Counted from the stretch's first letter, positions 38,376 through 48,998 are shown. The stretch is DNA of 64,000 nt from Flavobacteriales bacterium (GCA_947454525.1 CANGJM010000009.1:37342-101341), one strand, 5' to 3'. A program made the numbers and translations. The notes: a model not told the origin generated them from the letters alone.

Positions 38376-40835
38376 ATGAGATCTATCCTTATTTTACTAT
38401 CTTTCAACCTATTCATTGTTCAATCCATTTTTGGACAAAAAACCAGTTCAAATGAGGACGGAATGGTCATCGGAAAAATTGTTGATCAACAAACAGGGAA
38501 AGCATTGGAATACGTTTCTGTTAAACTTTTTAAAGCGACGGACTCCACCATTGTTACTGGCGCATTTACTACGGTAGATGGTAAATACAGTATTCCTTGT
38601 CCATTTGGTTCGTTTTACTTGAAGATAACTTTCACGAATTATGATCCTATTTTGGTTTCTGCTATTACTGTAAAAACAGCGCTTCCCATTTTTAATGTAG
38701 GAACATTGAAAATGAGAAAAATTAGCGAGAAAACGGAGCGAGAAGTCAAGGTAATCGCAGAGAAAGATGTCCTAAAAGCGGGCATCGACAAAAAAATATA
38801 TAACGTTGCAGAAGATTTAAATGTTCGAGGCGGGACAGCAAATGACATTCTTCAACGACTTCCATCCGTAGAAGTTGACCAAGACGGAAAGGTGATGTTG
38901 CGTGGAGAAGGATCGGTTACCGTTCTTATCGATGGACGTCCAAGTTCATTAAGCGGTGGAAATGGGAAAACCTTGCTCGATGCACTTCCAGCGGGGTCGA
39001 TTGAACGCATTGAAATCGTGACAAATCCATCGGCGAAATACGATCCAGATGGCACCTCTGGAATTATTAATATCGTTTTGAAAAAGAACAAATTAAGTGG
39101 CTTTAATGGACTCGTATCAACAAATTTAGCATCGGCATATATTCATGGAGGGAACATTGCCGAAGGAAACATGTCATTGAGTTACCGTACTGGAATATTC
39201 AATGTTTACGGGATGTACAATGCGCGTTATTTGGATGGTTACCGGAATAATTTCTCCGAAATCATTCAAAATTCAGGAACGAATTATTTTCATTTAAATC
39301 AAAGTCGTTTAGGAACAGACTTAAATGCTGGACATACCTTTCGATTCGGAATGGATGTGAACCTAAAAGCTCGGAATACGCTTGGGTTTTCTGCGACTGG
39401 AAATATAGGTGAACGCAATCGTACTGGAGATTTATGGAATTCAACCTATGATACAGCTGGAAATAGAGATAGCTTATGGCAACGTATGTCTTATGATCCG
39501 TCACAACAGCATAATTACGATATGAATTTCTACTACAAATACGACTTAAAAAATGAGCGAGGAAGTTTGAGTTTTGATGCCGCTCAATCTTTAGGAAATG
39601 AGCATACTCAAGGTTATTATGAACAACGTTATTATTCCCTAGATTCAACGTTAAATGGCATCCCATCATTGTTGCAAGAACTACACAACAAAGAAAAAAA
39701 CAACATCACAATCCTTCAAACTGATTTTACCTATTTGCTACCTAAAATGGGTGCTCGATTCGAAACAGGTGCAAAAGCGATTTTACGCGATCAATTAGTA
39801 GATACTTATTCATCTCACTACAATTGGACAAGTCAAAGTAATGTGAGTGACAGCATGGCAAATTTCCTTTATGCATATAAAGAACAGATTTTTAGTTTGT
39901 ATGCAGTATATGGTCAACAAATAAATAAATTCAAATTTCAAGGCGGATTACGTGCGGAAGATGCTTTTCAAATTCCCAATTTAATTTCTGATTCCATTCG
40001 CATCGTTAATCATTATTTAAATTTGTTTCCGTCAGCTCATTTACGATATTCTTTCAAGCCAAAATCAGAGTTAAGTTTAAGTTATAGTCGACGCATTACA
40101 CGTGCTGCCTCGGCGGATTTAAATCCTTTTACGAATTATTCGGATCCTTTCAATTTACGAACCGGAAATCCATATTTACAACCTGAATTTATTCATTCCT
40201 TTGATTTAGGTTATTCCATGGAGAAAACAAAATATTCTATAACAGCAAGTACCTATTTTAGAACCAGTACAGGGGTGATTTCACGTGTAAAGGAATTTTA
40301 TTCAAATGGAACCAGTGCGGTTACATTTATGAATATTGCCGAAACAAAAAGTTTAGGTACAGAATTAGTTTGGATGTTCCGTCCTAAAACTTGGTGGAAA
40401 AATACCTTTTCATACAACGCAAATTATATTTGGTATGTTACCAATCAAATGGACTTGCCAAATCGTCAAGGATTTAACCATAACTTCAAATACAATTCAT
40501 CTATCGAATTCTGGAAGAAAACAGCGACACTACAGTTAAGTGTGACGTATAATGGACCACGCGTAACGGTTCAAGGAATTGCTCAACGCCAAGGTCCTAT
40601 CGATTTAGCTTTTGAAAAGAAATTGCAAGGAGGTAAATGGACAGTTGGTGCACGTGTCACGGACATCTTCAATAAACAAGGATTTTACATGCAAGTGAAT
40701 CGTCCTGGTGTGGAACAAACTGCAGAATTTAAATGGCTTACTCGTCGTTTCTTTGTTTCTGCAAGTTATAAATTTGGTAAGTTAGAGATTTCAAATAAAT
40801 CCAAATTACCAGGTTCTGAAGGAGGAGCGGAGTAA
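38376..40835 (+). CDS. TonB-dependent outer-membrane receptor with an N-terminal CarboxypepD_reg-like domain
   Basis: Signal peptide, then GKIVDQQTGKALEYVSVKLF (carboxypeptidase-regulatory-like), a plug region (NDILQRLPSVEVDQDGKVMLRGEG) and a long beta-barrel. 819 aa. Confidence 0.8.
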   Translation: MRSILILLSFNLFIVQSIFGQKTSSNEDGMVIGKIVDQQTGKALEYVSVKLFKATDSTIVTGAFTTVDGKYSIPCPFGSFYLKITFTNYDPILVSAITVKTALPIFNVGTLKMRKISEKTEREVKVIAEKDVLKAGIDKKIYNVAEDLNVRGGTANDILQRLPSVEVDQDGKVMLRGEGSVTVLIDGRPSSLSGGNGKTLLDALPAGSIERIEIVTNPSAKYDPDGTSGIINIVLKKNKLSGFNGLVSTNLASAYIHGGNIAEGNMSLSYRTGIFNVYGMYNARYLDGYRNNFSEIIQNSGTNYFHLNQSRLGTDLNAGHTFRFGMDVNLKARNTLGFSATGNIGERNRTGDLWNSTYDTAGNRDSLWQRMSYDPSQQHNYDMNFYYKYDLKNERGSLSFDAAQSLGNEHTQGYYEQRYYSLDSTLNGIPSLLQELHNKEKNNITILQTDFTYLLPKMGARFETGAKAILRDQLVDTYSSHYNWTSQSNVSDSMANFLYAYKEQIFSLYAVYGQQINKFKFQGGLRAEDAFQIPNLISDSIRIVNHYLNLFPSAHLRYSFKPKSELSLSYSRRITRAASADLNPFTNYSDPFNLRTGNPYLQPEFIHSFDLGYSMEKTKYSITASTYFRTSTGVISRVKEFYSNGTSAVTFMNIAETKSLGTELVWMFRPKTWWKNTFSYNANYIWYVTNQMDLPNRQGFNHNFKYNSSIEFWKKTATLQLSVTYNGPRVTVQGIAQRQGPIDLAFEKKLQGGKWTVGARVTDIFNKQGFYMQVNRPGVEQTAEFKWLTRRFFVSASYKFGKLEISNKSKLPGSEGGAE

Positions 40836-40838
40836 GTG

Positions 40839-41411
40839 CTATTTCAGCTTTTCTAGAACGATTTTCAATCGGCAAATTTCGTGTTTTACGTCAGTAGGTA
40901 TTGATAAATCTTTCAATAAATTCGTCTGTTCAATACCCTGATCTTTGAGATCTAAAATCCATTGAAGAAACCGCATGGAGTCAAGGATGGACGTTCGTTT
41001 AATGTCTTCCAATGGATCATCCAGAAATTCCAAATCCCAAAACAATGCCCAATCACGGTAGTTGCTTTCTATGGATTGATGAATAGCAATTAATCCAGCA
41101 AAGGAATTCACACGGTTTAACTGTCCCAACAACATCGCTCGATTTCGCTGAAAGGAATGAAATGCCGTTTCAATAGTATCCGTGGTGATTGGAAGCAGTT
41201 GAATATTGACTTCCTTTGGGAAAGTATACCCAAGTTCAATGGACGCTTCTTGCAGTATGCTTAATCGTTTTTCTTTGGCTGGAAAGACGAACACATTATC
41301 AACTTTCTGAATGAGTTCTTGCTTGGCTTTGAATAAGGCCATTTCAATGCAATCATCTAAGTCATCATCTACCGCAAGTGATAGATGTATAACTGCTTCA
41401 GATTTTGTCAT
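40839..41411 (-). CDS. Hypothetical protein
   Basis: 190-aa ORF whose start overlaps the TerC stop region. No recognisable motifs. Confidence 0.4.
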   Translation of the reverse strand: MTKSEAVIHLSLAVDDDLDDCIEMALFKAKQELIQKVDNVFVFPAKEKRLSILQEASIELGYTFPKEVNIQLLPITTDTIETAFHSFQRNRAMLLGQLNRVNSFAGLIAIHQSIESNYRDWALFWDLEFLDDPLEDIKRTSILDSMRFLQWILDLKDQGIEQTNLLKDLSIPTDVKHEICRLKIVLEKLK

Positions 41412-42169
41412 TAACCTTTGTTATTACGCATTTTGATGTTCAGGAATTCAATCGCCAAGGAAAAAACCAAGGCAAAGTAAATGTATCCTTTCTGAACGTG
41501 CTCTCCAAAAGACTCCGCAATTAACATCACTCCGATGTTTATCAGGAATCCAAGTGCAATCATTTTAATGGTTGGACGTTTATTGATGAAATCGCTGATT
41601 GGACGAGAGAACAACAGCATGACAATCATCGAAATAATGACAGCTAAAACGATAATGATTAATGGATTTGCATGTGTTTCTTTTGAAATGTCATTTGTCA
41701 TTCCGACTGCAGAAATCACTGAGTCAAAACTAAAGATAAAGTCAATGATGACAATCTGCATGATCACACCGCGTAAAGTGCTTTTTTCCTTTGATTTATG
41801 TCCTTCGTCTGAACCTTTTACACTCGAGTGCATTTCCGTAACGGACTTGTAAATCAAGAACAATCCACCGATTAACAAGACCAAACTATGTCCAGTGAAG
41901 GAATGTCCCAATATCGTGAACAAAGGATGTTGATCCAACGTCATCACCCATGAAATCACACTCAACATGAGGATGCGAATAATCAAGGCAAGACTGAGTC
42001 CAATCATGCGTGCTTTGCGCTGTTTGACACGTGGAAGAGGATCTGTTACAATGGAAATAAAGATAATGTTATCAATTCCAAGGACAATTTCCAATAAAGT
42101 TAAAATCAATAAATAGGTCCATCCTTGAACGGTTCCTAAGATTTGAAATGAAGCGAGAAAATCTTCCAT
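41411..42169 (-). CDS. TerC-family integral membrane protein
   Basis: The polytopic membrane protein pattern LLILTLLEIVLGIDNIIFISI ... IIDFIFSFDSVISAVGM is characteristic of TerC/Alx. Confidence 0.75.
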   Translation of the reverse strand: MEDFLASFQILGTVQGWTYLLILTLLEIVLGIDNIIFISIVTDPLPRVKQRKARMIGLSLALIIRILMLSVISWVMTLDQHPLFTILGHSFTGHSLVLLIGGLFLIYKSVTEMHSSVKGSDEGHKSKEKSTLRGVIMQIVIIDFIFSFDSVISAVGMTNDISKETHANPLIIIVLAVIISMIVMLLFSRPISDFINKRPTIKMIALGFLINIGVMLIAESFGEHVQKGYIYFALVFSLAIEFLNIKMRNNKG

Positions 42170-42175
42170 GTTTGT

Positions 42176-43864
42176 TTAGTTTCTTAAAAATTCAAAATAA
42201 CGATCTAAGTCAATGGCATTGTTGGCGTCATCCGTTTGGACCTCCAATACCTGCATTTCACAACTAGGATCGAAGAACAAAGGTAAATATTCTGTGAGTT
42301 CCTCCAAGGAAGAAATCGTTTTGGTTTGAAGTCCGAAGGCTTGAGCAATCGACGCTGGGCTTTTTACTTGTTTTGCTTCGAAGTACTTTTCGCGTTGTTT
42401 GGAATCAGCCGGACCAGGAATGATCTTGAAGATGCCACCGCCGTAATTTTGAATGACAATCATCTTGAAGTTACGTGGAAACGGTTCGTACCACAGAGCA
42501 TTGCTGTCGTACAAAAAGGAAATGTCTCCGCTGATTAGTACGTGTTGTTTGCTTGGGTTTACTATTGCTGCACCAAGTGCAGTACTGGTGGATCCATCGA
42601 TTCCGCTTGTCCCGCGGTTGGACTCATAGCGCACACCTGGAAGCGGGTCGAACAATTGTGCATAGCGCACAACGGAACTATTTGCGAGGTGCAAAATACG
42701 ATCCTCCGGTAAAAAATCTTGAATATTTTGGAACACTTGCATATCCGTCAGGCTGGAAAACTCGGACATAAATTCAAGGGAACGATCCTTTGCGACAATG
42801 TCTACCGTTTTCCATCGTCCATTAAAATTATGAACGTTTGCACTTAGTTCGGATTCATTGAGTTGTTCAAAGAAATCAGCAGGAGTCAAGGGGAAAGTCT
42901 TGCTCAAGCAACGATACGTATCCATTTCAGGGAATTCCGCGCCAATTTTATAGTGTTTTAAAATCCCCGCAGTTCTCAAGTATGCTTTGATTCGTTTCGA
43001 TACAACTGCTCCGCCAATGGTGATCAAGATTTCCGGTTTAAAAGCGTCGTTCGATTGGTCGAAACCATTCAAGGTTCGATCGATGCAGTGGATGAACCGT
43101 TCGTGTTGAATATTTGACGTGTTTTCCACTAAAACTACAACATTTGGAAAAGAAGCTAGTTTGATCAGCTCCTGTTGAAGTTTTGGATTTTGTTCCATTT
43201 GTCCAGCGAGAACCAATACTTTCGATTGATTGATTTCTTGAACAATAAGCTCCATCTCACTTGCGTCGATGCGCTTCATTGGTGGGACAATAGGTACTTT
43301 CTTTCCGTAATCGATGGTTTTTTCTACGGTAAGATACAACGGTTCGTTCAATCCAACGTTTAAATGAATTGGTCCTTTCCACGCAGATTTTGTCACGGAC
43401 AATAAGGCAGCTAATTCTTCCTGTTGCGTTTCAATGGATGTATCATTGAATAAATCCTCATCGAATTCAAGGCTTCCAAGAATGTGATTTTTAAATACAT
43501 CTCGTTGAACAATCGTTTGTCCGTCTCCATGGTTTATCCACGCCGCTGGACGATCAGCCGTCAATACCAATAAAGGGATCGAGCGATAGTAAGCTTCGGA
43601 GATTGCAGGATAGTAATTCAAGCAAGCACTTCCGGAAGTACAGCAGAGCGCAACGGTTTCACCTAATTCCTGTGCCATACCAAGTGCGATGAATCCTGCA
43701 GAACGTTCATCATGCACAACAAAGGTCTCGATTTCAGGGTGTTCGTCAAAGGCAATAGAAAAAGGTGCATTTCTCGATCCGGGAGAAACAACAACCTTGC
43801 GAATGTCGTACGCCAAAAGCTGATCGACAATCAATTGCACCATGATTTTTGAGCTAGAAATCAT
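42176..43864 (-). CDS. menD: 2-succinyl-5-enolpyruvyl-6-hydroxy-3-cyclohexene-1-carboxylate synthase
   Basis: ThDP enzyme layout (VVSPGSRNAPF, LLVLTADRP, GTSGIDGSTSTALG), 562 aa, adjacent to menF. The start could alternatively be the ATG 7 codons downstream. Confidence 0.8.
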   Translation of the reverse strand: MISSSKIMVQLIVDQLLAYDIRKVVVSPGSRNAPFSIAFDEHPEIETFVVHDERSAGFIALGMAQELGETVALCCTSGSACLNYYPAISEAYYRSIPLLVLTADRPAAWINHGDGQTIVQRDVFKNHILGSLEFDEDLFNDTSIETQQEELAALLSVTKSAWKGPIHLNVGLNEPLYLTVEKTIDYGKKVPIVPPMKRIDASEMELIVQEINQSKVLVLAGQMEQNPKLQQELIKLASFPNVVVLVENTSNIQHERFIHCIDRTLNGFDQSNDAFKPEILITIGGAVVSKRIKAYLRTAGILKHYKIGAEFPEMDTYRCLSKTFPLTPADFFEQLNESELSANVHNFNGRWKTVDIVAKDRSLEFMSEFSSLTDMQVFQNIQDFLPEDRILHLANSSVVRYAQLFDPLPGVRYESNRGTSGIDGSTSTALGAAIVNPSKQHVLISGDISFLYDSNALWYEPFPRNFKMIVIQNYGGGIFKIIPGPADSKQREKYFEAKQVKSPASIAQAFGLQTKTISSLEELTEYLPLFFDPSCEMQVLEVQTDDANNAIDLDRYFEFLRN

Positions 43865-43883
43865 CCCGCAAAAATACCAAAAT

Positions 43884-44852
43884 TTAAAGGAGGTTTAACA
43901 GCGTTCGGCTTTTATTTTCGGTTTCTTCCCATTCTTTTTCAGGAATTGAATCCGCGGTAAATCCACCACCAACGTAGAGGTAAATTTGATCTCCGATAAT
44001 TTGCGCGCAACGCAGGTTGACAAAGAGGTTCATGCTATGTTCATCCATGGATCCAATGATTCCAGCGTAGAATTGACGTCCATGTTTTTCCTTGTCTTGA
44101 ATCCAATCCAAAGCATCTTGTCTAGGTGTACCACTGACTGCAGGAGTAGGATGGAGGTCCTTCGCGATTTCCCAGGCTTGTTGTACGGTTGACGTCCATT
44201 GGAAATCCGTGCGTAAATGTGCCAACGGACCAGCGAGTACTGTTTTGGGTCCATCGTGGCTTAATTCAGTCACGCCATGTTTCATTAAGGTTTCTCGTAA
44301 AAACTGACTGACGAAATCCTGTTCTTCTCGTTCTTTATCACCCCAAGGACTTTTGTCATCGGCTTTCTTTGTTCCGGCGAGGGACATGCTTTCAAAACGT
44401 TGATTTATTCCCTTCAATAATATTTCCGGAGTCGCCCCAATCCATTCGCCTAAAATTGGATCCTTAATATAGTAAACAAAGGCATTTGGATAGGCTTCCG
44501 CCAAGCGTTCGAATAATCGTTCACCAGGAATTGTCAGTTTTTCGGATTTTATGCGCGAGTAAACCAATTTCTCCATGGAGGATGTTTGCAAGAGCGAGAC
44601 GACCTCTGCTGCTTGCTGTAAATAATCCTCTTTTGATATGATGTAGGGCGGATGGAATTCCCGGGAAAGTCCGTCGGGATCACTTGACTCTACAAAAATA
44701 TACTTTGATTGATTATTGAAGTCAGTAATTATAAATCCTTCTGAAACAAATGATTGAGCCTCCAAAAAGTATCCATTCTTGGAGACGATTGCTTGTCCTG
44801 GAAATCGATAATGAAGCATGCGAATGGTACTGTTTAAAGCAAATATACGCAT
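43884..44852 (-). CDS. menF: Isochorismate synthase
   Basis: Chorismate-binding C-terminus (LHPTPAVSGTP, YAGIIG, GGGFTADSIPEKEWEETENK). The track start at 44933 overlaps the divergent ABC gene, so I prefer the ATG at 44852 (MRIFALN...). The start remains uncertain. Confidence 0.7.
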   Translation of the reverse strand: MRIFALNSTIRMLHYRFPGQAIVSKNGYFLEAQSFVSEGFIITDFNNQSKYIFVESSDPDGLSREFHPPYIISKEDYLQQAAEVVSLLQTSSMEKLVYSRIKSEKLTIPGERLFERLAEAYPNAFVYYIKDPILGEWIGATPEILLKGINQRFESMSLAGTKKADDKSPWGDKEREEQDFVSQFLRETLMKHGVTELSHDGPKTVLAGPLAHLRTDFQWTSTVQQAWEIAKDLHPTPAVSGTPRQDALDWIQDKEKHGRQFYAGIIGSMDEHSMNLFVNLRCAQIIGDQIYLYVGGGFTADSIPEKEWEETENKSRTLLNLL

Positions 44853-44931
44853 TCTAGGCACTTGTGATTCCGAAGGGAGCACTTGAACGGGAATAGTTTC
44901 GTACTTTTGCACCTTCAAACCGAAACACCCC

Positions 44932-46677
44932 ATGAAAATTCTCTTTAGTTACCTCGGACGCTACAAATCACTGGTCTTTTTAGCACTTGTGTTGGCAAGT
45001 ATCAATCAAGTTTTTTCCTTGTTGGATCCGTTTATTTTCGGGAAGATCTTGGATCGTTTCGCTACACATCCAAAGGATTTCTCAGAAACACAATTCATGA
45101 CTGGAGTGGCATGGTTAATTGCAGCGGCAATTGGAGTGGCGATGGTGAGTCGTACAGCGAAGGCATTCCAAGATTACAGCATCAACCTTATCATTCAAAA
45201 GTTAGGCGCGGACATCTACACAGATGGACTGAAACACACTTTGCAAATCGCGTACAATGAATTCGAGGATCAACGTAGTGGAGAAACCTTGAACATCCTT
45301 CAGAAAGTACGAACGGATGCCGAGCGTTTTATTATGAGTTTCATCAATATCCTTTTTGTATCTATTGTAGGACTCGTTTTCGTGATGGTATATGCCTTTA
45401 CGGTTCAACCAGGATTAATCCTTTTATACTTGTTTTCCGCAGCTGGATTGAGTTTCTTCATTAGCTTCTTGTCCAAGCGCATCAAGAAAGTACAGATGAC
45501 CATCATGAGCGAAACGAAGCAATTGGCGGGAAGTACAACGGAGAGTTTGCGCAACATCGAATTGATTAAAAGTTTGGGCTTAACGCAGCAAGAAACAGAC
45601 CGATTGAATGACAGAACGCGTAAAATCCTTTTGTTAGAATTGAAAAAAGTGCGTCAAGTACGAAGCATTAGCTTCATTCAAGGAACGACGGTGAATTTAT
45701 TGCGTCAATCGATCATGTTTATCTTGATGTACTTATTATTCCACGGATCCTTATCCCTTGGACAAATCATGACCTTGCAATTCTATTCCTTCTTTATCTT
45801 TGGGCCATTGCAAGAAGTTGGAAACGTGATTATTGCATACCGCGAGGCGGAAGCATCTTTGAATAATTTCGAGAAGATCATCAACACTCCGATTGAAGAG
45901 AAGCCAGAAAATCCAATTCCATTGAATGCGATTGAGAAATTAGCATTTAGCGATTTAACGTTTAGACATAAGTCCTCTAGTTACGATGCGTTGAGTAACA
46001 TCAACTTTGAAGTTCAAAAAGGTGAAACGGTCGCATTTGTTGGTCCAAGTGGATCTGGAAAAAGTACGTTAGTAAAGTTACTCGTAGGCTTGTATTCCAC
46101 GCCAACTGGAAAAATCTACTACAACGGCATTGAATCCACGAGCATTGATCGCGACGAATTGCAACAACAATTGGGATTTGTTACACAGGATACGCAGTTA
46201 TTCGCGGGAACGATTCGTGAAAACTTATTGTTCACGAAACCAGAAGCGACACAAGAGCAATTGGACTTTGCATTGAGTCAAGCGTCGTGTGAAAACATGT
46301 TGGCGCGCAGTGAGCACGGAATCGACACAGTCATCGGCGAAGGTGGAATGAAACTTTCAGGTGGAGAGAAACAACGTTTATCCATTGCACGCGCCTTGAT
46401 CCGCAATCCACGTTTATTAGTCTTCGACGAAGCGACTTCCGCCTTGGATTCCATTACGGAAGAAGCGATTTCAAATACCATTCGTTCGATTGGAAGTCAC
46501 AAAGAGCACATCACTGTTTTAATTGCTCACCGTTTATCCACGATCATGCATGCGGACAAGATTTTCGTTCTCGAAAAAGGAGTCATTGTCGAAACAGGAA
46601 AACACGAAGAATTACTTGCTGAAAAAGGCTTGTACTACGCGATGTGGAGACAGCAGATCGGGGAGAGAAGGGAGTAG
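44932..46677 (+). CDS. ABC exporter, fused permease/ATPase (MsbA/multidrug type)
   Basis: N-terminal 6-TM domain, then Walker A GPSGSGKST, signature LSGGEKQR and Walker B LLVFDEATSALD. 581 aa. Confidence 0.85.
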   Translation: MKILFSYLGRYKSLVFLALVLASINQVFSLLDPFIFGKILDRFATHPKDFSETQFMTGVAWLIAAAIGVAMVSRTAKAFQDYSINLIIQKLGADIYTDGLKHTLQIAYNEFEDQRSGETLNILQKVRTDAERFIMSFINILFVSIVGLVFVMVYAFTVQPGLILLYLFSAAGLSFFISFLSKRIKKVQMTIMSETKQLAGSTTESLRNIELIKSLGLTQQETDRLNDRTRKILLLELKKVRQVRSISFIQGTTVNLLRQSIMFILMYLLFHGSLSLGQIMTLQFYSFFIFGPLQEVGNVIIAYREAEASLNNFEKIINTPIEEKPENPIPLNAIEKLAFSDLTFRHKSSSYDALSNINFEVQKGETVAFVGPSGSGKSTLVKLLVGLYSTPTGKIYYNGIESTSIDRDELQQQLGFVTQDTQLFAGTIRENLLFTKPEATQEQLDFALSQASCENMLARSEHGIDTVIGEGGMKLSGGEKQRLSIARALIRNPRLLVFDEATSALDSITEEAISNTIRSIGSHKEHITVLIAHRLSTIMHADKIFVLEKGVIVETGKHEELLAEKGLYYAMWRQQIGERRE

Positions 46678-46740
46678 TCCGCCGCGGCGGACAGAGCGAG
46701 AAACAGAGCGGGAAACAGAAACAGAAACAGAAACAGAGCG
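46677..46740. repeat. 16-bp GC palindrome followed by a composite AAACAG/ACAGAGCG microsatellite
   Basis: gtccgccgcggcggac (46677..46692) overlaps the ABC stop codon. ACAGAGCG occurs three times, and AAACAG has four perfect tandem units at 46713..46736. Confidence 0.9.
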
Positions 46741-46975
46741 ATCAAGAATTTTTTCTCTAATCCGATTTATTCGAAATAAAACAAAATAGCTTTTCCCTTA
46801 TTTAGTAATGATGCCGAATACGGTTTGATTAAAATTCGGGTTGTACAATGAAAGTCATTCGTTATTGTTGTTCAAAGGAATGAAAGTTATAACGCATTTT
46901 TTGTGCGTGGTCAACAATTATTTGGTTAATATATGTAACTAGTTTATATTTGTATCTTAATAATTAGAAATCATC

Positions 46976-47557
46976 ATGGACAAAAATACATTTAACGCAT
47001 TGGACTCAATAAAGACTATTGAAGCTGCCATTAATGAAACGAAAACAACAAAAACGGGCGCTGCTTTTTACTACATGCTTTGGGGATCTGTACTTTGTTG
47101 TTACTTCCTGATTCAATTTTTCATCGTTACAAAACCAACCATCAGCGGAAGTCTCGTAAATTCATTTAATTGGATCTTGTTTCCTATCGGAGGTCTTTTC
47201 TCTTATTTAAACAAAAGAAGGGACGAAAAAAATGAAAACTATGTCCCGCAGCTTGAGAAAGTCTATTTTTTCGGATTTACGGGATTCGCAATAATGTACG
47301 CCATTTTCACATTTGCTTCAACCTTATTATCCTTACCCTTATCCATTATCTTTTTTCCCTTAATAAGCGGTTTAACCGTTTTCGTTATTGGTGGAATTTC
47401 TAAACATAACATATCTATTTTCGGTGGAATATTTAGCATGTTACTTTCCATTATTAGCATTTTGTCGAATATAGAAATCGCATACTTATTGGCTTCTATT
47501 GCTTGCATTACATCCTTTATTATTCCAGGAATCACAATGAGAAAAAGCAATGTTTAA
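46976..47557 (+). CDS. Polytopic membrane protein (hypothetical)
   Basis: 193 aa with 4-5 hydrophobic helices. Translationally overlapped by the following regulator gene. Confidence 0.5.
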   Translation: MDKNTFNALDSIKTIEAAINETKTTKTGAAFYYMLWGSVLCCYFLIQFFIVTKPTISGSLVNSFNWILFPIGGLFSYLNKRRDEKNENYVPQLEKVYFFGFTGFAIMYAIFTFASTLLSLPLSIIFFPLISGLTVFVIGGISKHNISIFGGIFSMLLSIISILSNIEIAYLLASIACITSFIIPGITMRKSNV

Positions 47558-47840
47558 GAACTTAGACCCCTTACTTCATTCTCCGTTACGCTTAGCAATA
47601 ATTTCATTATTAATTGGGTTGGAAGAAGCTGAATTTGTTTATTTGAAAGAAAAAACAAAAGCTAGTGCTGGGAATTTAAGTCTACAAATCGATAAGTTAA
47701 ATACCGCGGGATACTTATCAGTTACAAAAGGTTTCAAAGGTAAATATCCAGTCACCATTTGTAAAATTACCCCTAAAGGTTTCAGCTCATTTGAAGAATA
47801 TGTTTCTTCCATCAAGTCGTATATTCATTTAGAAGATTAG
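47550..47840 (+). CDS. Winged-helix transcriptional regulator (HTH_34/ArsR-like)
   Basis: LHSPLRLAIISLLIGLEEAEFVYLKEKTKASAGNLSLQIDKLNTAGYLSVTKGF is the typical pattern of this small regulator family. Confidence 0.6.
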   Translation: MFKNLDPLLHSPLRLAIISLLIGLEEAEFVYLKEKTKASAGNLSLQIDKLNTAGYLSVTKGFKGKYPVTICKITPKGFSSFEEYVSSIKSYIHLED

Positions 47841-47884
47841 AAAACGTTTACCCTGAAGTAAGAACTGTAGAGAGCGAATAACGT

Positions 47885-48343
47885 TTATTTCTCCGGTTGA
47901 TATCGAACCAACACAGCCTTGATAATTTCGTTGTTTAAGCGGTTGGATTCGTCGATTGAGAAAGCATTTTTCAAGTAAAAATTTAATGGCGATGCATAGT
48001 TGCTTCCATCTGAACGTAGGTCTGAATCGTGATCGATGACCCAACCAGAAAAAACCAAGTCTTCTTTTTTCATTTCAGTTAAAAGTGCAGAGCCGAGTCC
48101 TTGCTTTTGATGTTTCCGAGATACAAGTATGGAAAAACGCAAGTCTTGTTCTTTTTCAAAGAGGACTGACCATGCAATGATTTTTCCGGATTTATCCAAT
48201 CCATAGTAGTGGGTTGTTTTCGTATTATTATCTAAAAGTAAAGCCAAACGGTCCTTTAATTGACGTGGATACTCTGTATTCCAAAGGATATCTATTTCTT
48301 CAAATTGTTTCGGAGTGAGGTTTACCGTTTGTATGATGTCCAT
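47885..48343 (-). CDS. GNAT-family N-acetyltransferase
   Basis: 152 aa with motif A VSRKHQKQGLGSALL. Confidence 0.65.
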   Translation of the reverse strand: MDIIQTVNLTPKQFEEIDILWNTEYPRQLKDRLALLLDNNTKTTHYYGLDKSGKIIAWSVLFEKEQDLRFSILVSRKHQKQGLGSALLTEMKKEDLVFSGWVIDHDSDLRSDGSNYASPLNFYLKNAFSIDESNRLNNEIIKAVLVRYQPEK

Positions 48344-48344
48344 T

Positions 48345-48767
48345 TCACTTCTTTTGAAGAACCATTACCGTATGTTTTCCTGTGCAGATTAATCGGTCGG
48401 TATCTTTTTCACGGACTTCGATCGACCATAAATGCGTGGTTTTTCCACCATGAACGAGTGTTGCTTTTGCTAATACTTCACCTGTTTGGATTCCACCGAC
48501 ATGATTCGCACTGACTTCGAGTCCAACAGCGTAGTGTGTCTCGTGGTTAATTAATAGAAGTGAACCCAAGGATCCAACCGTTTCCACTAAAGCAGCACTT
48601 GCACCACCATGTAAAAGTCCCATGGGTTGTTTCGTTCGATGATCGACTGGCATAGAAGCCACAACATAATCATCACCGATTTCAACATATTGAATGCCAA
48701 GTTTTTCCATGAGTGTATCCTTGTTCATGGCATTCAATTCCTCGAGTGGTACTAGCTTTAATTTCAT
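48345..48767 (-). CDS. PaaI/YdiI-type hotdog-fold thioesterase
   Basis: LLHGGASAALVETVGS and the HGGKTTHLW pattern. 140 aa. It could be the DHNA-CoA hydrolase of the menaquinone pathway (inference). Confidence 0.7.
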   Translation of the reverse strand: MKLKLVPLEELNAMNKDTLMEKLGIQYVEIGDDYVVASMPVDHRTKQPMGLLHGGASAALVETVGSLGSLLLINHETHYAVGLEVSANHVGGIQTGEVLAKATLVHGGKTTHLWSIEVREKDTDRLICTGKHTVMVLQKK

Positions 48768-48853
48768 GGGGCAAAGGTAAACAATCGTAATTATTTTTTG
48801 AATATTTTTAACTGAACGCTTGTCAATTCTGAAAGTTTATGTACTTTTGGCCC

Positions 48854-48941
48854 GGAGAGTTGGCAGAGTGGTCGATTGCGGCAGTCTTGAAAACTGTTGA
48901 ACCGCGAGGTTCCGGGGGTTCGAATCCCTCACTCTCCGCCA
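48854..48941 (+). tRNA. tRNA-Ser (anticodon UGA), CCA encoded
   Basis: Acceptor stem GGAGAGT/ACTCTCC. Anticodon stem GCAGT/ACTGT with loop CTTGAAA (anticodon TGA). Long variable arm. T-arm GGGGG TTCGAAT CCCTC. Discriminator G followed by CCA. Confidence 0.9.
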
Positions 48942-48965
48942 GAAGTCAGTGACAAACTGAGACAA

Positions 48966-48998
48966 AGCGTGTAAATACTAGATTTACACGCTTTTTTT
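48966..48998 (+). terminator. Rho-independent terminator after tRNA-Ser
   Basis: agcgtgtaaat actag atttacacgct followed by a T6 run. Confidence 0.7.

Noticed and set aside
46523-46789. 88-aa ORF ending in RETERETETETETER.
   Set aside because: It overlaps the 3' end of the ABC exporter in another frame. Its repetitive peptide is just the translation of the AAACAG/ACAGAGCG microsatellite.
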